From the NCBI GenBank assembly GCA_048938385.1, contig JBHLMG010000001.1, positions 224,001 to 288,000 on the forward strand: a stretch of 64,000 nucleotides of DNA, read 5' to 3'. The DNA comes from Promethearchaeota archaeon. GTDB taxonomy: Archaea; Asgardarchaeota; Hermodarchaeia; Hermodarchaeales; Hermodarchaeaceae. Below are positions 9,544 through 19,071 of the stretch, piece after piece. A program made the position numbers and the translations under genes. Positions within the stretch are counted from its first letter, which is position 1. Each line of letters begins with the position of its first letter. The notes beneath the pieces are model-generated. The model saw nothing but the letters and a program-made list of their open reading frames with translations. It had not been told where the DNA came from and ran no database searches.

Positions 9544-10871
9544 AGGGTGATTCCTAATTTCTCCCAGAGGACTGGAACAACACGATTCAAGGCTTTTTCA
9601 ACCATTTCTGGCTTAATTGTCACTACTTGATGATTATTCACAATATGTTTGCCATTTACAAAGACATGCTCAACATCATGAGCGGTGCATCCATAGACGA
9701 TGTATCCATAGACTCCGGCGGGTAATATTGGGGTGACTCGTGGCTTGGGGTGAAGGATGACGATATCGGCGCGCTTCCCTGGTTCGATGGATCCGAGTTG
9801 GTCGCTTAATCCATAAATCTGTGCACCGTTTATTGTTGCCATTTCAATGACTTGTTGTGGTGTTGTCACTCGAGGATCGAGGTGGTGGACTTTGTGAATG
9901 AGGTACGCCGTACGAATGTTTTCGATCGCGTCGAAGATAAACCCGTCATTGCCTAAACAGACCGGAATCCCAAGCTCGTACATCTCTCGGACTGGGGCGA
10001 CACCGACAGCATTGTTCATGTTGCTCATTGGATTATGCGCCACTGTGGCCCCACTACCCCGAATTAATTCGAGTTCATCGCGGTTGATGTGAACACAGTG
10101 GGCTAGCACTACATCAGAACCGAGTACTCCGAGGTCAAACAGGCGTTCAATAGTGCGTTTATCGTATCGTTCGATGTTATGATAGACATCGATAAGCCCT
10201 TCACTAGTATGGATAGTAATCGGTGCGTGCAGTTCATCTGCTTGGGTACGAGTTTTTTGAATTAATTCATCACTGAGCGTAAAGGAGGCATGCAGACTAT
10301 ACATGCCATTTAGCAGCTCATCTGGGTTTTGCTCCAGTTTCTTTAGGAACCTAATGTTCTCTTTTAGTCCCCGTTCGCCTTCCTCCTTGGAGTTGCGTTC
10401 TGTCGCTTCAAAACCAAGGATGCCACGAATACCGACCTCCCTTACTCCCTTTGCTATTGCGTCTAATACCCCTTCTATTGAGTTAGGTCCTGAATATGTA
10501 TCGGCAAAACATGTTGTGCCACTTTTAACAAACTCGTAACATGAAGCTAAGGCGCTAGCATTAGCATCTTCATTTACGAAAGCGGTATCAACTTTCCACC
10601 AAATCCGGTCTAATATTTGTAAAAAATCCGTAGTGGGTTTAATATCGAGGGGTGCCCCTCGGAGCATTATTCCATAGAGATGCGTGTGCCCACAAATGAA
10701 CCCTGGCAAAACTATGCGGCCACGGCCATCAATTTCGTGATCGGCTCTATCCTTGATGTTTTTCCCGATTTTAGCGATCATCGAATCTTCAACAAGAACA
10801 TCGGTATTTTCTAGCACTTGCCGGTGTGCATTCATCGTTACGACGAGTGCGTTTCGAATCAGAATTTTCAT
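9540..10871 (-). CDS. ssnA: SsnA-like amidohydrolase
   Basis: PGFICGHTHLY, DFLQILDRIWWKVD, FEATERN..GLKENIRF, HASFT, HNPMSNMNNAVG all match SsnA-specific segments as I recall them. Confidence 0.8.
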   Translation of the reverse strand: MKILIRNALVVTMNAHRQVLENTDVLVEDSMIAKIGKNIKDRADHEIDGRGRIVLPGFICGHTHLYGIMLRGAPLDIKPTTDFLQILDRIWWKVDTAFVNEDANASALASCYEFVKSGTTCFADTYSGPNSIEGVLDAIAKGVREVGIRGILGFEATERNSKEEGERGLKENIRFLKKLEQNPDELLNGMYSLHASFTLSDELIQKTRTQADELHAPITIHTSEGLIDVYHNIERYDKRTIERLFDLGVLGSDVVLAHCVHINRDELELIRGSGATVAHNPMSNMNNAVGVAPVREMYELGIPVCLGNDGFIFDAIENIRTAYLIHKVHHLDPRVTTPQQVIEMATINGAQIYGLSDQLGSIEPGKRADIVILHPKPRVTPILPAGVYGYIVYGCTAHDVEHVFVNGKHIVNNHQVVTIKPEMVEKALNRVVPVLWEKLGITL

Positions 10872-10977
10872 GATAGCCCAACTCAAAGGATTAGAAAGAG
10901 GCTGAATTTCAGAAACTCTAGATAGTTGAGCAAGCCTTTAAGCCTTCCAATCCTCTTTTTTCTGGGCGTGTGTTTTC

Positions 10978-11475
10978 ATGAACAAATCACCCAACAAAGT
11001 TCTGGTCGTTGATCCAGAGAAATGCACAGGTTGTGGCATCTGTTCTCTCGTGTGTTCCTTTCGGCATACTCAAGAATACAATCCCGCACGAGCGCTACTT
11101 ACGATTATTCGAGATGAAAAGCACGGAATCAACATACCTGTCATTTGTCAGCATTGCGATGTACCGCTGTGTATGGAAAGCTGCCCGGCAGATGCAATAT
11201 TTCGTGATACCGAAACTAATGCTGTCTGTATCAACCAAACAAATTGTATTGGTTGCCATCAATGTCTAGTTGCCTGTCCATTTGGAGGAATCCATATCGA
11301 TCCTGCAGATGGACGCACAGTGAAATGCGACCTTTGTGAAGGTTATGCTATGTGCGCCCAATTTTGTCCCAGAGGAGCGTTGCTATATTTAAAGCCGGAC
11401 GAATTGACCGCTCGGCTTCGAGAGAAGGGGATTAAACGCGCTGCGGAATATCTTCATGTAATTACGAGGAAGTGA
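10978..11475 (+). CDS. 4x[4Fe-4S] electron-transfer subunit (DmsB/HycB-like) for AOR
   Basis: CTGCGICSLVC, CQHC..CMESCP, CIGCHQCLVACP, KCDLC. Confidence 0.9.
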   Translation: MNKSPNKVLVVDPEKCTGCGICSLVCSFRHTQEYNPARALLTIIRDEKHGINIPVICQHCDVPLCMESCPADAIFRDTETNAVCINQTNCIGCHQCLVACPFGGIHIDPADGRTVKCDLCEGYAMCAQFCPRGALLYLKPDELTARLREKGIKRAAEYLHVITRK

Positions 11476-11479
11476 AAAA

Positions 11480-13417
11480 ATGAGTGAAAATCACCCATAT
11501 TATGGTTATGCCGGTCGTATTGCGGAAGTCGATTTAACGAAATCCGAGGTGAAAATCACGCCCTTAGACCGAGATTTTGCCCGAAAATATCTCGGCGGAA
11601 CTGGGTTTGCGGCTCGGATCTTGTGGGATCGAGTGAAACCATCGACTGAGCCCCTCGATCCTGATAATCCCTTATTTTTCGGCATCGGACCAGTTACAGG
11701 CGCTTTCTTTTCACCCTCTGGGCGTTTTATGGTTGCCTATAAATCTCCTCTCACAGGGTTTTGGGGTGAAGCCCACTGTGGAGGCCATTGGGGACCCCAA
11801 CTCAAGTATGCTGGCTTTGATGCACTAGTTATTCAAGGAAAGGCATCATCACCAGTCTATCTCATGGTCCAGGACAAAGCTGTTTACATTCGTGATGCCG
11901 ACCACTTGTGGGGGCGTGACACCATGGAAACCACCGATACGATACGCGAGCTACACGGAGATAATGACATTGAGGTTGCAGCTATCGGAATAGGCGGAGA
12001 GAACCTCGTTCGGTATGCAGCCATAATCGGCTCTTATTATCGAGCTGCAGGTCGGGGAGGTGCGGGCGCGGTCATGGGCAGCAAGAATCTGAAAGCCGTG
12101 GCTGTCCGTGGGCTGGGAGGAGTCAAGGTGGCAAATCCCGGGAAGTTCATGGCTGCGGCTCGGAAAGCTTACAACCAGATGACCACTGGAAAATGGGGCG
12201 AGATGAATGAGGAATCTCTGGGAAAATATGGGACTACAAACCTCGTGACAGCAATTGGTGAAATCGGACGGCTTCCAACAAAGAATCACACGACAGGTGT
12301 GTTCGAAGATGCTGATGCTATTGGACCTGAAACAATTCGCCAAAAATACCGGACAAGCCGCGAATCGTGTTTTGGTTGTGCGTTACAATGCAAATTCACA
12401 TCTGAGGTTAAATCAGGTCCTTATCAAGTAATTACAGGAGGTCCTGAGTATGAAACACTCATGGCCTTCGGTAGTAATTGCCTGAATAGCAACATTGAAT
12501 CAATTCTGTACGCAAACCAGTTATGCAATAGGTATGGTCTAGACACAATCAGCACTGGCTGTACTATCGCCTTTCTTTTTGAAGCAGCCGAAAACGGCAT
12601 CATTACGCCAAATGAAGTAGGTGGACTTGACCTCTCTTGGGGTAATGATAAAACCATTATTGCTCTCGTCGAAAAAATTGCACACCGAAAAGGGATTGGA
12701 GACCTACTCGCTGAGGGATCATTACGCGTGGCACAAAAAATAGGTAAGGGTGCCGAACGGTTTGCTATCCATGTAAAAGGTATGGAGGCTTCTGGGCAGG
12801 ATCCACGGCCACAACAAAGCGTTGGCCTTACATACGCGACCAATGTACGCGGTGCCGATCATTTAAGGAGCCTCAGCTGCTATGAGGAGTTGGGTTTTCC
12901 GGATGTCGCAATAGAACGATTCGGAGAGGACCATGCTACTGAAGTCATGGATTTGCATACTACTAGCTTCAAAGGACATCTCATCAAGGATCAAGAGGAC
13001 CTGTACGTACTCGTTGATAGCATCATTCTTTGCAAGTACGGGACAATGTGGCCTCCTGTCTATTACTTTGATATCATGGCAGAAATGCTCAAACCCCTAA
13101 CTGGTTTTGACGAATTCAGTGAGGTACAACGACTTCGACTGGTTGCGGAGCGCATTAGTAATCTTAGGCGTTGTTTTAATGTCCGCGAAGGGGCAACACG
13201 CAAGAACGAACAGCTCCATCCCCGGTTTACCGAGGAGCCAATGCCTGAAGGGCCTGGCAAAGGGCGTGTCTGTAATCTAGATCCCATGCTTGACGAATAC
13301 TATGAAGTGAGAAACTGGACAAAAGAAGGACTCCCAAGGCGTTCCGAATTAAAACGGCTTGGTTTAGAAGATGTTGCTGATGAATTGGCAAAAACAGGAA
13401 AGGTGGTAGACGAATAA
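11480..13417 (+). CDS. Aldehyde:ferredoxin oxidoreductase (AOR/WOR) family tungstoenzyme 1
   Basis: GYAG, KSPLTG, GAVMGSKNLKA, CFGCALQC, GPEYET, GLDTIS, RGADH. Confidence 0.92.
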   Translation: MSENHPYYGYAGRIAEVDLTKSEVKITPLDRDFARKYLGGTGFAARILWDRVKPSTEPLDPDNPLFFGIGPVTGAFFSPSGRFMVAYKSPLTGFWGEAHCGGHWGPQLKYAGFDALVIQGKASSPVYLMVQDKAVYIRDADHLWGRDTMETTDTIRELHGDNDIEVAAIGIGGENLVRYAAIIGSYYRAAGRGGAGAVMGSKNLKAVAVRGLGGVKVANPGKFMAAARKAYNQMTTGKWGEMNEESLGKYGTTNLVTAIGEIGRLPTKNHTTGVFEDADAIGPETIRQKYRTSRESCFGCALQCKFTSEVKSGPYQVITGGPEYETLMAFGSNCLNSNIESILYANQLCNRYGLDTISTGCTIAFLFEAAENGIITPNEVGGLDLSWGNDKTIIALVEKIAHRKGIGDLLAEGSLRVAQKIGKGAERFAIHVKGMEASGQDPRPQQSVGLTYATNVRGADHLRSLSCYEELGFPDVAIERFGEDHATEVMDLHTTSFKGHLIKDQEDLYVLVDSIILCKYGTMWPPVYYFDIMAEMLKPLTGFDEFSEVQRLRLVAERISNLRRCFNVREGATRKNEQLHPRFTEEPMPEGPGKGRVCNLDPMLDEYYEVRNWTKEGLPRRSELKRLGLEDVADELAKTGKVVDE

Positions 13418-14604
13418 TGGCAGTGGATTTAAGCGTAAATATTGCGGGGATTCCTCTTCGTAATCCCGTTCTTACGGCTGCTGGACCCACAAGTCGTGAT
13501 GGTGAAACACTCGTCAAAGCCGCTAGAGGTGGGGTAGGCGGTTTAGTGGCGAAAACCATTAGCGTGAAACCTGCCGCAGTTCCCCGACCTAACATGCAGA
13601 CACTCGACAGAGGACAAAGCCAATGGTTGCTTGCGACAGCAATGCAACATCAAGTAGTACACCTTGAACGTATCAAGGTTCGTGGTGCTTACGGGTTACT
13701 AAATCATGAATTATGGAGCGATAAGCATTATCAAAAATGGCTCGATCACGAATATCCTCGTGCAAAGGAAACCGGCCTATCGCTCATCGCCTCGGTCGGA
13801 TATACACCCGAAGAACTAGCAAAGCTTGCCCCCCTCGTTCAAAAGGCTGGTGTCGATGGAATTGAGTTCAGCACCCATTATCTCGAAACGGACCCCAAAG
13901 TCTTTAATGAAGTAGCGAAAACGCTGCAAGAGGCGGTAGATATTCCGATTTTTGCTAAGATGAGTCCCCATGTGAAGGATTTAACCATCTTCACAAAAGC
14001 GGTGGATCGGTATGTGGATGGTTTTGTCGCCATCAATACACTTGGACCGTGTCTTCACATTGACATAGAAACAGGTCGTCCTTTACTTGGTGGACCGGGT
14101 GGGGTTGGATGGCTTTCAGGACCGGCTATAAAACCACTTGCAGTTCGGTGCGTTGCTGACATCGCTCAGGGCACATCCAAACCAGTTGTCGCTGTAGGTG
14201 GTGTTAGCACTGGAGCTGATGCCATTGAGTTCTTTATGGTTGGAGCTTCAGCAGTTCAAGTTTGTACTGCTGCCATCCTCGAAGGGCATTCAGTTTACGG
14301 GCGTATTGCTAGAGAGATCGCAGCATTCCTTGAGTTGCATGATAAAGCATCGCCTGAAGATATTCGAGGACAAGCGTTGAAGCATTTACCAAGAGACACA
14401 CTGCGTGTTGAAAGCCTTCCCCCAACAGTGAATGAAGAATCCTGCTCTGGCTGTGGGTTATGCACTACATCCTGCACATATTCAGCAATTTCTGTCAATC
14501 CAGAAACGACAAAGGCTCAAGTAGACTCTAACCTGTGTTATGGGTGTGGTGTGTGTGTAAGTATCTGTCCTCACAGAGCCCTTTCTTTTAACCCATCAAA
14601 ATAA
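13417..14604 (+). CDS. DHODH/PreA-fold FMN oxidoreductase with C-terminal 2x[4Fe-4S]
   Basis: NPVLTAAGP, KT, AKMSP, AINT, GWLSGPAIKP, GGV, VQVCT, two CxxCxxCxxxC; active-site loop EFSTHY rather than NxSCP. Confidence 0.85.
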   Translation: MAVDLSVNIAGIPLRNPVLTAAGPTSRDGETLVKAARGGVGGLVAKTISVKPAAVPRPNMQTLDRGQSQWLLATAMQHQVVHLERIKVRGAYGLLNHELWSDKHYQKWLDHEYPRAKETGLSLIASVGYTPEELAKLAPLVQKAGVDGIEFSTHYLETDPKVFNEVAKTLQEAVDIPIFAKMSPHVKDLTIFTKAVDRYVDGFVAINTLGPCLHIDIETGRPLLGGPGGVGWLSGPAIKPLAVRCVADIAQGTSKPVVAVGGVSTGADAIEFFMVGASAVQVCTAAILEGHSVYGRIAREIAAFLELHDKASPEDIRGQALKHLPRDTLRVESLPPTVNEESCSGCGLCTTSCTYSAISVNPETTKAQVDSNLCYGCGVCVSICPHRALSFNPSK

Positions 14605-14619
14605 GGTGAACTTGACGCG

Positions 14620-14907
14620 ATGTTAAAAAAACCAAAAGTTACCGTTCGTATGTTCACGAGCCTCCGAGCCTTAACAGGAACCAGAGAAACGGAATTGGAA
14701 GCATCTGATGTGCAAGAGGTCATTGATATTCTAGGTAACCGTTTTGGAGAGAAGTTTAACCAAATGCTACTTGAACCCGATGGGTCGTTAAAAAGATACT
14801 TCCATGTTCTCGTTAACGGACGGCACATTCGGCTTCAACAAGGGCTACAAACATGCCTCTCTGATGGTGATGTTGTAGCGATTTTTCCTCCGATTGGAGG
14901 AGGTTAG
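14620..14907 (+). CDS. MoaD/ThiS/SAMP ubiquitin-like sulfur carrier
   Basis: C-terminal IFPPIGGG; VNGR; last gene of the AOR1 operon. Confidence 0.9.
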   Translation: MLKKPKVTVRMFTSLRALTGTRETELEASDVQEVIDILGNRFGEKFNQMLLEPDGSLKRYFHVLVNGRHIRLQQGLQTCLSDGDVVAIFPPIGGG

Positions 14908-14920
14908 CTAAACAGCTTGC

Positions 14921-15691
14921 TTACACTTTCTTTGCTTTGCGTATTGCTGTAATTGTTTCTCTTAGGGCTTTACCTTTGTCCCGTAAGATATTTCGTTCAA
15001 TGACTGTTCCCTGAACGATAATATTCGCTCCTGCTTTAGATACAGCTGCAGCTTGTGAAGGCGTGTTGATTCCTCCCCCCACAGCGAGAGGGGTGTCTAA
15101 TTTACTAGCTACCGCTTTTACCATTGGCAGGGGGACTGCGTTTTCAACACCTGATCCTGCTTCGAGGTAAATTAATTGAAATCCCATGTATTGGGCTGCG
15201 AGTGCGTATCCAAGGGCGATTTCGGGCTTGTCTCTAGGAATCAGACGTGCATCACCGACATATCCTGCAGTACCTCCTGGCTGAACAATAAGGTAAGCCA
15301 TTGATATCGGTTCTAAGTTAAACCCCTTGATGTACCGAGCTGCCAAGGTTTGAGCATCAATCATCCAATAGGTTGTTCGTGAGTTCAACAAACTCATGAA
15401 AAAAACAGCGTCTGCATTTCGAGACAGACCTGATACATTTCCTGGAAAGAGAATAACGGGGATATCTACTTGTTCTTTGATTCTTGTGAGAGTTTCATCA
15501 ACAATCCCTAAAGCTGTAGACCCTCCAACCATTATACCATTTGTACCAGCGGCTTCAGCAAAATGAGCGATTTGAGCCGCTTCTGTGGAGGATTGTTTTG
15601 CAGAGTCAGGATCAATAAGGGTGAGATGAACCACTCTCTCTTTTTGAAGAGTATTAAGAATCGTTTTCCAGGTAGGACCCATAGCAGTCAT
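14921..15691 (-). CDS. Geranylgeranylglyceryl phosphate synthase (group II)
   Basis: HLTLIDPD, MVGGS, LFPG, SLLNS, YLEAGSG, VGGGI. Confidence 0.93.
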   Translation of the reverse strand: MTAMGPTWKTILNTLQKERVVHLTLIDPDSAKQSSTEAAQIAHFAEAAGTNGIMVGGSTALGIVDETLTRIKEQVDIPVILFPGNVSGLSRNADAVFFMSLLNSRTTYWMIDAQTLAARYIKGFNLEPISMAYLIVQPGGTAGYVGDARLIPRDKPEIALGYALAAQYMGFQLIYLEAGSGVENAVPLPMVKAVASKLDTPLAVGGGINTPSQAAAVSKAGANIIVQGTVIERNILRDKGKALRETITAIRKAKKV

Positions 15692-15737
15692 TTTTCCACC
15701 CTAATTTGATGCATGAGGTCTTGGACTTTTAAGTATG

Positions 15738-16415
15738 CTACCGTTGAGCCAAGATTTTAGCAATTCCTGGGAAAACCTGTGCAGTTCGCTTATCCCAGTC
15801 CACAGTGACCATTTTGCGCAATTCGAACCAGCGAAGGTAGCTTTGTACTTTCATTTCTGTTGTTCTGAGATTTTTCGCCAAATCAATAAAGGATATTTTT
15901 CCACTCGTCCCGAAGGCTCGTAATATGGGACTCCATTCATAGGTGATGAGCATCACCATGGCTGGAAGTAACTTCTCCAGGTTATACTTGGATTTACAGC
16001 TAATTGGAATGATTGGAACTCCGACCATGAAACTCAAATCATGGCGAATCCGTTCAGGACTTCGAGCCGCACTCAAATCTTGCTTGTTAGCTACTACGAT
16101 ACAGGGAACATTCGGAAGTAAGTCGCTGATTTCAGTCCAAATGTATCGAGCTTCCCCGTCTCCCTCCGGATTACTTGCATCAACCACAAATAGAATTCCA
16201 TCTGCCCCCTCCGAAATAATACGGCGTAAGACTTTGAACCTTACTAGCCCGGGCGTTCCGAATAGTCGAATAGGAACCTGGTGAACCTCTGCCACACCGT
16301 GATCAAGACCAACAGTTGTGCCATTTGCTTGAATATTAATGACCTTACCCTTAGCTAGGCGTTCGATTAATGTGCTTTTTCCAGAAACATGAGGCCCTGT
16401 CACCAGCACTTTCAC
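15738..16415 (-). CDS. Small GTPase (MglA/ATP_bind_1-like) with C-terminal winged helix
   Basis: GPHVSGKST, TTVGLDHG, FGTPG, NKQD; HTH-like tail. Confidence 0.8.
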   Translation of the reverse strand: MKVLVTGPHVSGKSTLIERLAKGKVINIQANGTTVGLDHGVAEVHQVPIRLFGTPGLVRFKVLRRIISEGADGILFVVDASNPEGDGEARYIWTEISDLLPNVPCIVVANKQDLSAARSPERIRHDLSFMVGVPIIPISCKSKYNLEKLLPAMVMLITYEWSPILRAFGTSGKISFIDLAKNLRTTEMKVQSYLRWFELRKMVTVDWDKRTAQVFPGIAKILAQR

Positions 16416-16526
16416 AGTAATTCAGCTCCGTAAGTAGGGCAGGTGCTTGCTCCTAATTATCCCCGGATAAGACTCATTCTTGTAAGACTTCATTTAAACC
16501 TTGCTTATCAAGAGTTGTCACAATTT

Positions 16527-18452
16527 TCATTCCGGCAGTTCGATCCCCTGAGTAGTAAGATCGCGCACTACATCCTTAAGTCCCACACGCTCAAGGGTTT
16601 GCTTAGTTGGCAGCCCATCTCTTAACCGCCAACCTCGCTGTTCATAGTATTCATCCAGCATTTGGTCAAGTTCAACTACTTGGCCCTTTGACGGTCCCTC
16701 TGGGGCGGGTGTGTGGGTTAGTCGTCGTGGAAGCGCATCATCTTTTCGGCGAATCCCTTCTCGAACATTGAATCCGCGATTTAAGTTAACGATTCGCTCG
16801 CCAATTAATCGAAACTTGGCTTCTGTAAATTTTATTCCGACAGTCACATCAAAGGTCGCTACTACATCCTCGTAAAAGAGGACTGGGGGGATTAATGTTC
16901 CATACTTGCACACACCTAAAGATTCGACGACTGCACAAAAATCCTCGTTCTCCTTTACCATGACACCTTTATACTTCGGATTCAATCGGTCACCGATTTC
17001 AGGTAAATACGCTCTCCCATAACGAATACCTATCTCCTCATCAAACCCAACTTCATCCAGGACCGGGAAGGCATACAGATGGTCTGCACCCCGCGCTGCC
17101 GTCGCCGACGCTAAACCCATCGACTTTTGTGCACGAGGTTCTTGCCCTGCAATTTCTTGTTTCTTGCAGTGCATCACGAATTTCTCAGTTCCTCGACCAA
17201 TTTTTTGCGCGGCACGATAACTTCCTTCAGCCAGGATATCGCCGAACCCTTCACGCTTGGCAATCATGTGAATTAGTTTGATTATGGTTTTGTGGTTTCC
17301 CCAGCTCAAATCAATCCCACCAGTATCTTCAGCAGTAATTAATCCTTCATCCCAGGCTTCCATCGCCCAACTTATCGTAGCACCAGTTGAAATTGTGTCG
17401 AGTCCGTATAGATTCGAGATGTGATGTCCATACAATATTGATTCTAGGTTATCATTACCACAACGACTCCCTAGAGCTGCTTGGGATTCATATTCAGGGC
17501 TTCCACCACAATAGGCGTATGGACCAGTTTTGACGAGGGTGTATCTTCCACAGCGTTGTAAACAAGCGTAATCTGCCCTAGGCTTCACAAGGTACTGGTT
17601 CTTAATAGCTTCACCACTAATCTTTTGGTATTGAGCAAAAACTCCTGATCGCATGTTGTAACTAGGAAGTCGACCAATTTCTTGCATCAGTTCAACAAGA
17701 TTCGTCGTTCCGTACTTAGCCCGGCTCGCTGTAAAAGGACTATCCAACATTTTTTGGTGTAATTTTTCTATTACCTCAAGGTATCTGTCAGGTTTGGCTA
17801 TTGAAATATCTTGACTCCCACGGACAGCTACGGCTTTCAGATTCTTGCTCCCCATGACCGCCCCCAAGCCCGTTCTTGCTGCGGCACGATCATAATCGTT
17901 AATTATGGCTGCATAGCGAACGAGGTTCTCCCCAGCTTGACCAATGCATGAGACTCGAAGACCCGGATCACCTTGGTTTTCCTTAATTATCTCCTCTGTT
18001 TCGTTTGTATCTCGACCCCACAACTCCGTGGCATCTAACAGACGGGCAACACCGTTGTCAATGAATAAATACACAGGACTCCTTGCACGCCCTGTAACGA
18101 CGATAGCATCAAATCCAGCGAATTTTAATTCAGGTCCCCAATGCCCTGCTGAATGGGCTTCTCCAAAGATGCCTGTTAACGGGGATTTTGCGGCTACCAC
18201 ATAACGTGAAGCTTGGGGCCAAAGGGTTCCAGTAAAAGGTCCTGTTGCCCAAATCAGGACATTTTCGGGAGTGAGGGGATCTATTGAGGGTCCTACCTTG
18301 TCGTATAAAATTCTAGAAGCGAATCCTTGACCACCCAAGTAGGTAAGGGCGAACTCTCGGTCCAGTGGAATGGGCTTACAATGACCCTTTGTCATATCAA
18401 CATGTAATAGTTGTCCAGCATATCCACCAAGTTTTGTTTTCGACTTCGTCAT
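16527..18452 (-). CDS. AOR/WOR family tungstoenzyme 2
   Basis: GYAG, KSPLTG, GAVMGSKNLKA, PEYES, GLDTIS, RGADH; cluster motif DYACLQRC. Confidence 0.92.
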   Translation of the reverse strand: MTKSKTKLGGYAGQLLHVDMTKGHCKPIPLDREFALTYLGGQGFASRILYDKVGPSIDPLTPENVLIWATGPFTGTLWPQASRYVVAAKSPLTGIFGEAHSAGHWGPELKFAGFDAIVVTGRARSPVYLFIDNGVARLLDATELWGRDTNETEEIIKENQGDPGLRVSCIGQAGENLVRYAAIINDYDRAAARTGLGAVMGSKNLKAVAVRGSQDISIAKPDRYLEVIEKLHQKMLDSPFTASRAKYGTTNLVELMQEIGRLPSYNMRSGVFAQYQKISGEAIKNQYLVKPRADYACLQRCGRYTLVKTGPYAYCGGSPEYESQAALGSRCGNDNLESILYGHHISNLYGLDTISTGATISWAMEAWDEGLITAEDTGGIDLSWGNHKTIIKLIHMIAKREGFGDILAEGSYRAAQKIGRGTEKFVMHCKKQEIAGQEPRAQKSMGLASATAARGADHLYAFPVLDEVGFDEEIGIRYGRAYLPEIGDRLNPKYKGVMVKENEDFCAVVESLGVCKYGTLIPPVLFYEDVVATFDVTVGIKFTEAKFRLIGERIVNLNRGFNVREGIRRKDDALPRRLTHTPAPEGPSKGQVVELDQMLDEYYEQRGWRLRDGLPTKQTLERVGLKDVVRDLTTQGIELPE

Positions 18453-18946
18453 TGTTCGCCCTCCAGAGTTTTTTCTTCAACTCGTAACTCATCTAGTGTA
18501 TCTTTACACTCAGCTCGAATTACATTTTGTTGCTTGAGGGCTGCTAACTCTTCCTCGGTAAGGATTCGAAGCGTATTCACAGGGCAATACTTTGTACAAA
18601 AACCACAGGTCACACATTTGATGGCTTTTTGACTATCAGGATGAAGGAAAATAGCCCCAAATGGGCATGCTTCAACACAACTGCCGCAACCTCGACACTT
18701 TTTCGAATTAACCATGACAATTCCTTGGCGATTACGGTAAAGCGCCTCCTCAGGGCAGGCTTCAATACACCATGCCTGGTCACAGTTACGACAAGCTACT
18801 ACAACATCTAACCCCGGATTAACGCGACGAACACGGTTCCGTGCTTTTTTAGGGTTGAGTGTTTTTTCCCAATGAAAACTGCAAATCGCTTCACATACGC
18901 GGCAGCCCACGCATACCAATGGATCTGCGTATAAGAACTTCCTCAA
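18449..18946 (-). CDS. 4x[4Fe-4S] subunit for AOR2
   Basis: CVGCRVCEAIC, CRNC..CIEACP, CRGCGSCVEACP; ATGA overlap with AOR2. Confidence 0.9.
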   Translation of the reverse strand: MRKFLYADPLVCVGCRVCEAICSFHWEKTLNPKKARNRVRRVNPGLDVVVACRNCDQAWCIEACPEEALYRNRQGIVMVNSKKCRGCGSCVEACPFGAIFLHPDSQKAIKCVTCGFCTKYCPVNTLRILTEEELAALKQQNVIRAECKDTLDELRVEEKTLEGEQ

Positions 18947-19071
18947 GGGAACGCACCTTCAGAGTGATTCACTATCCTTGTGACAGAAAGAGGTATAATT
19001 GTGTTGAAACTCCTATGGCTGCAGCACTTCAGAGCTATTGATAAAAGGAATAACCAAGAGTAGGGGGTAAC

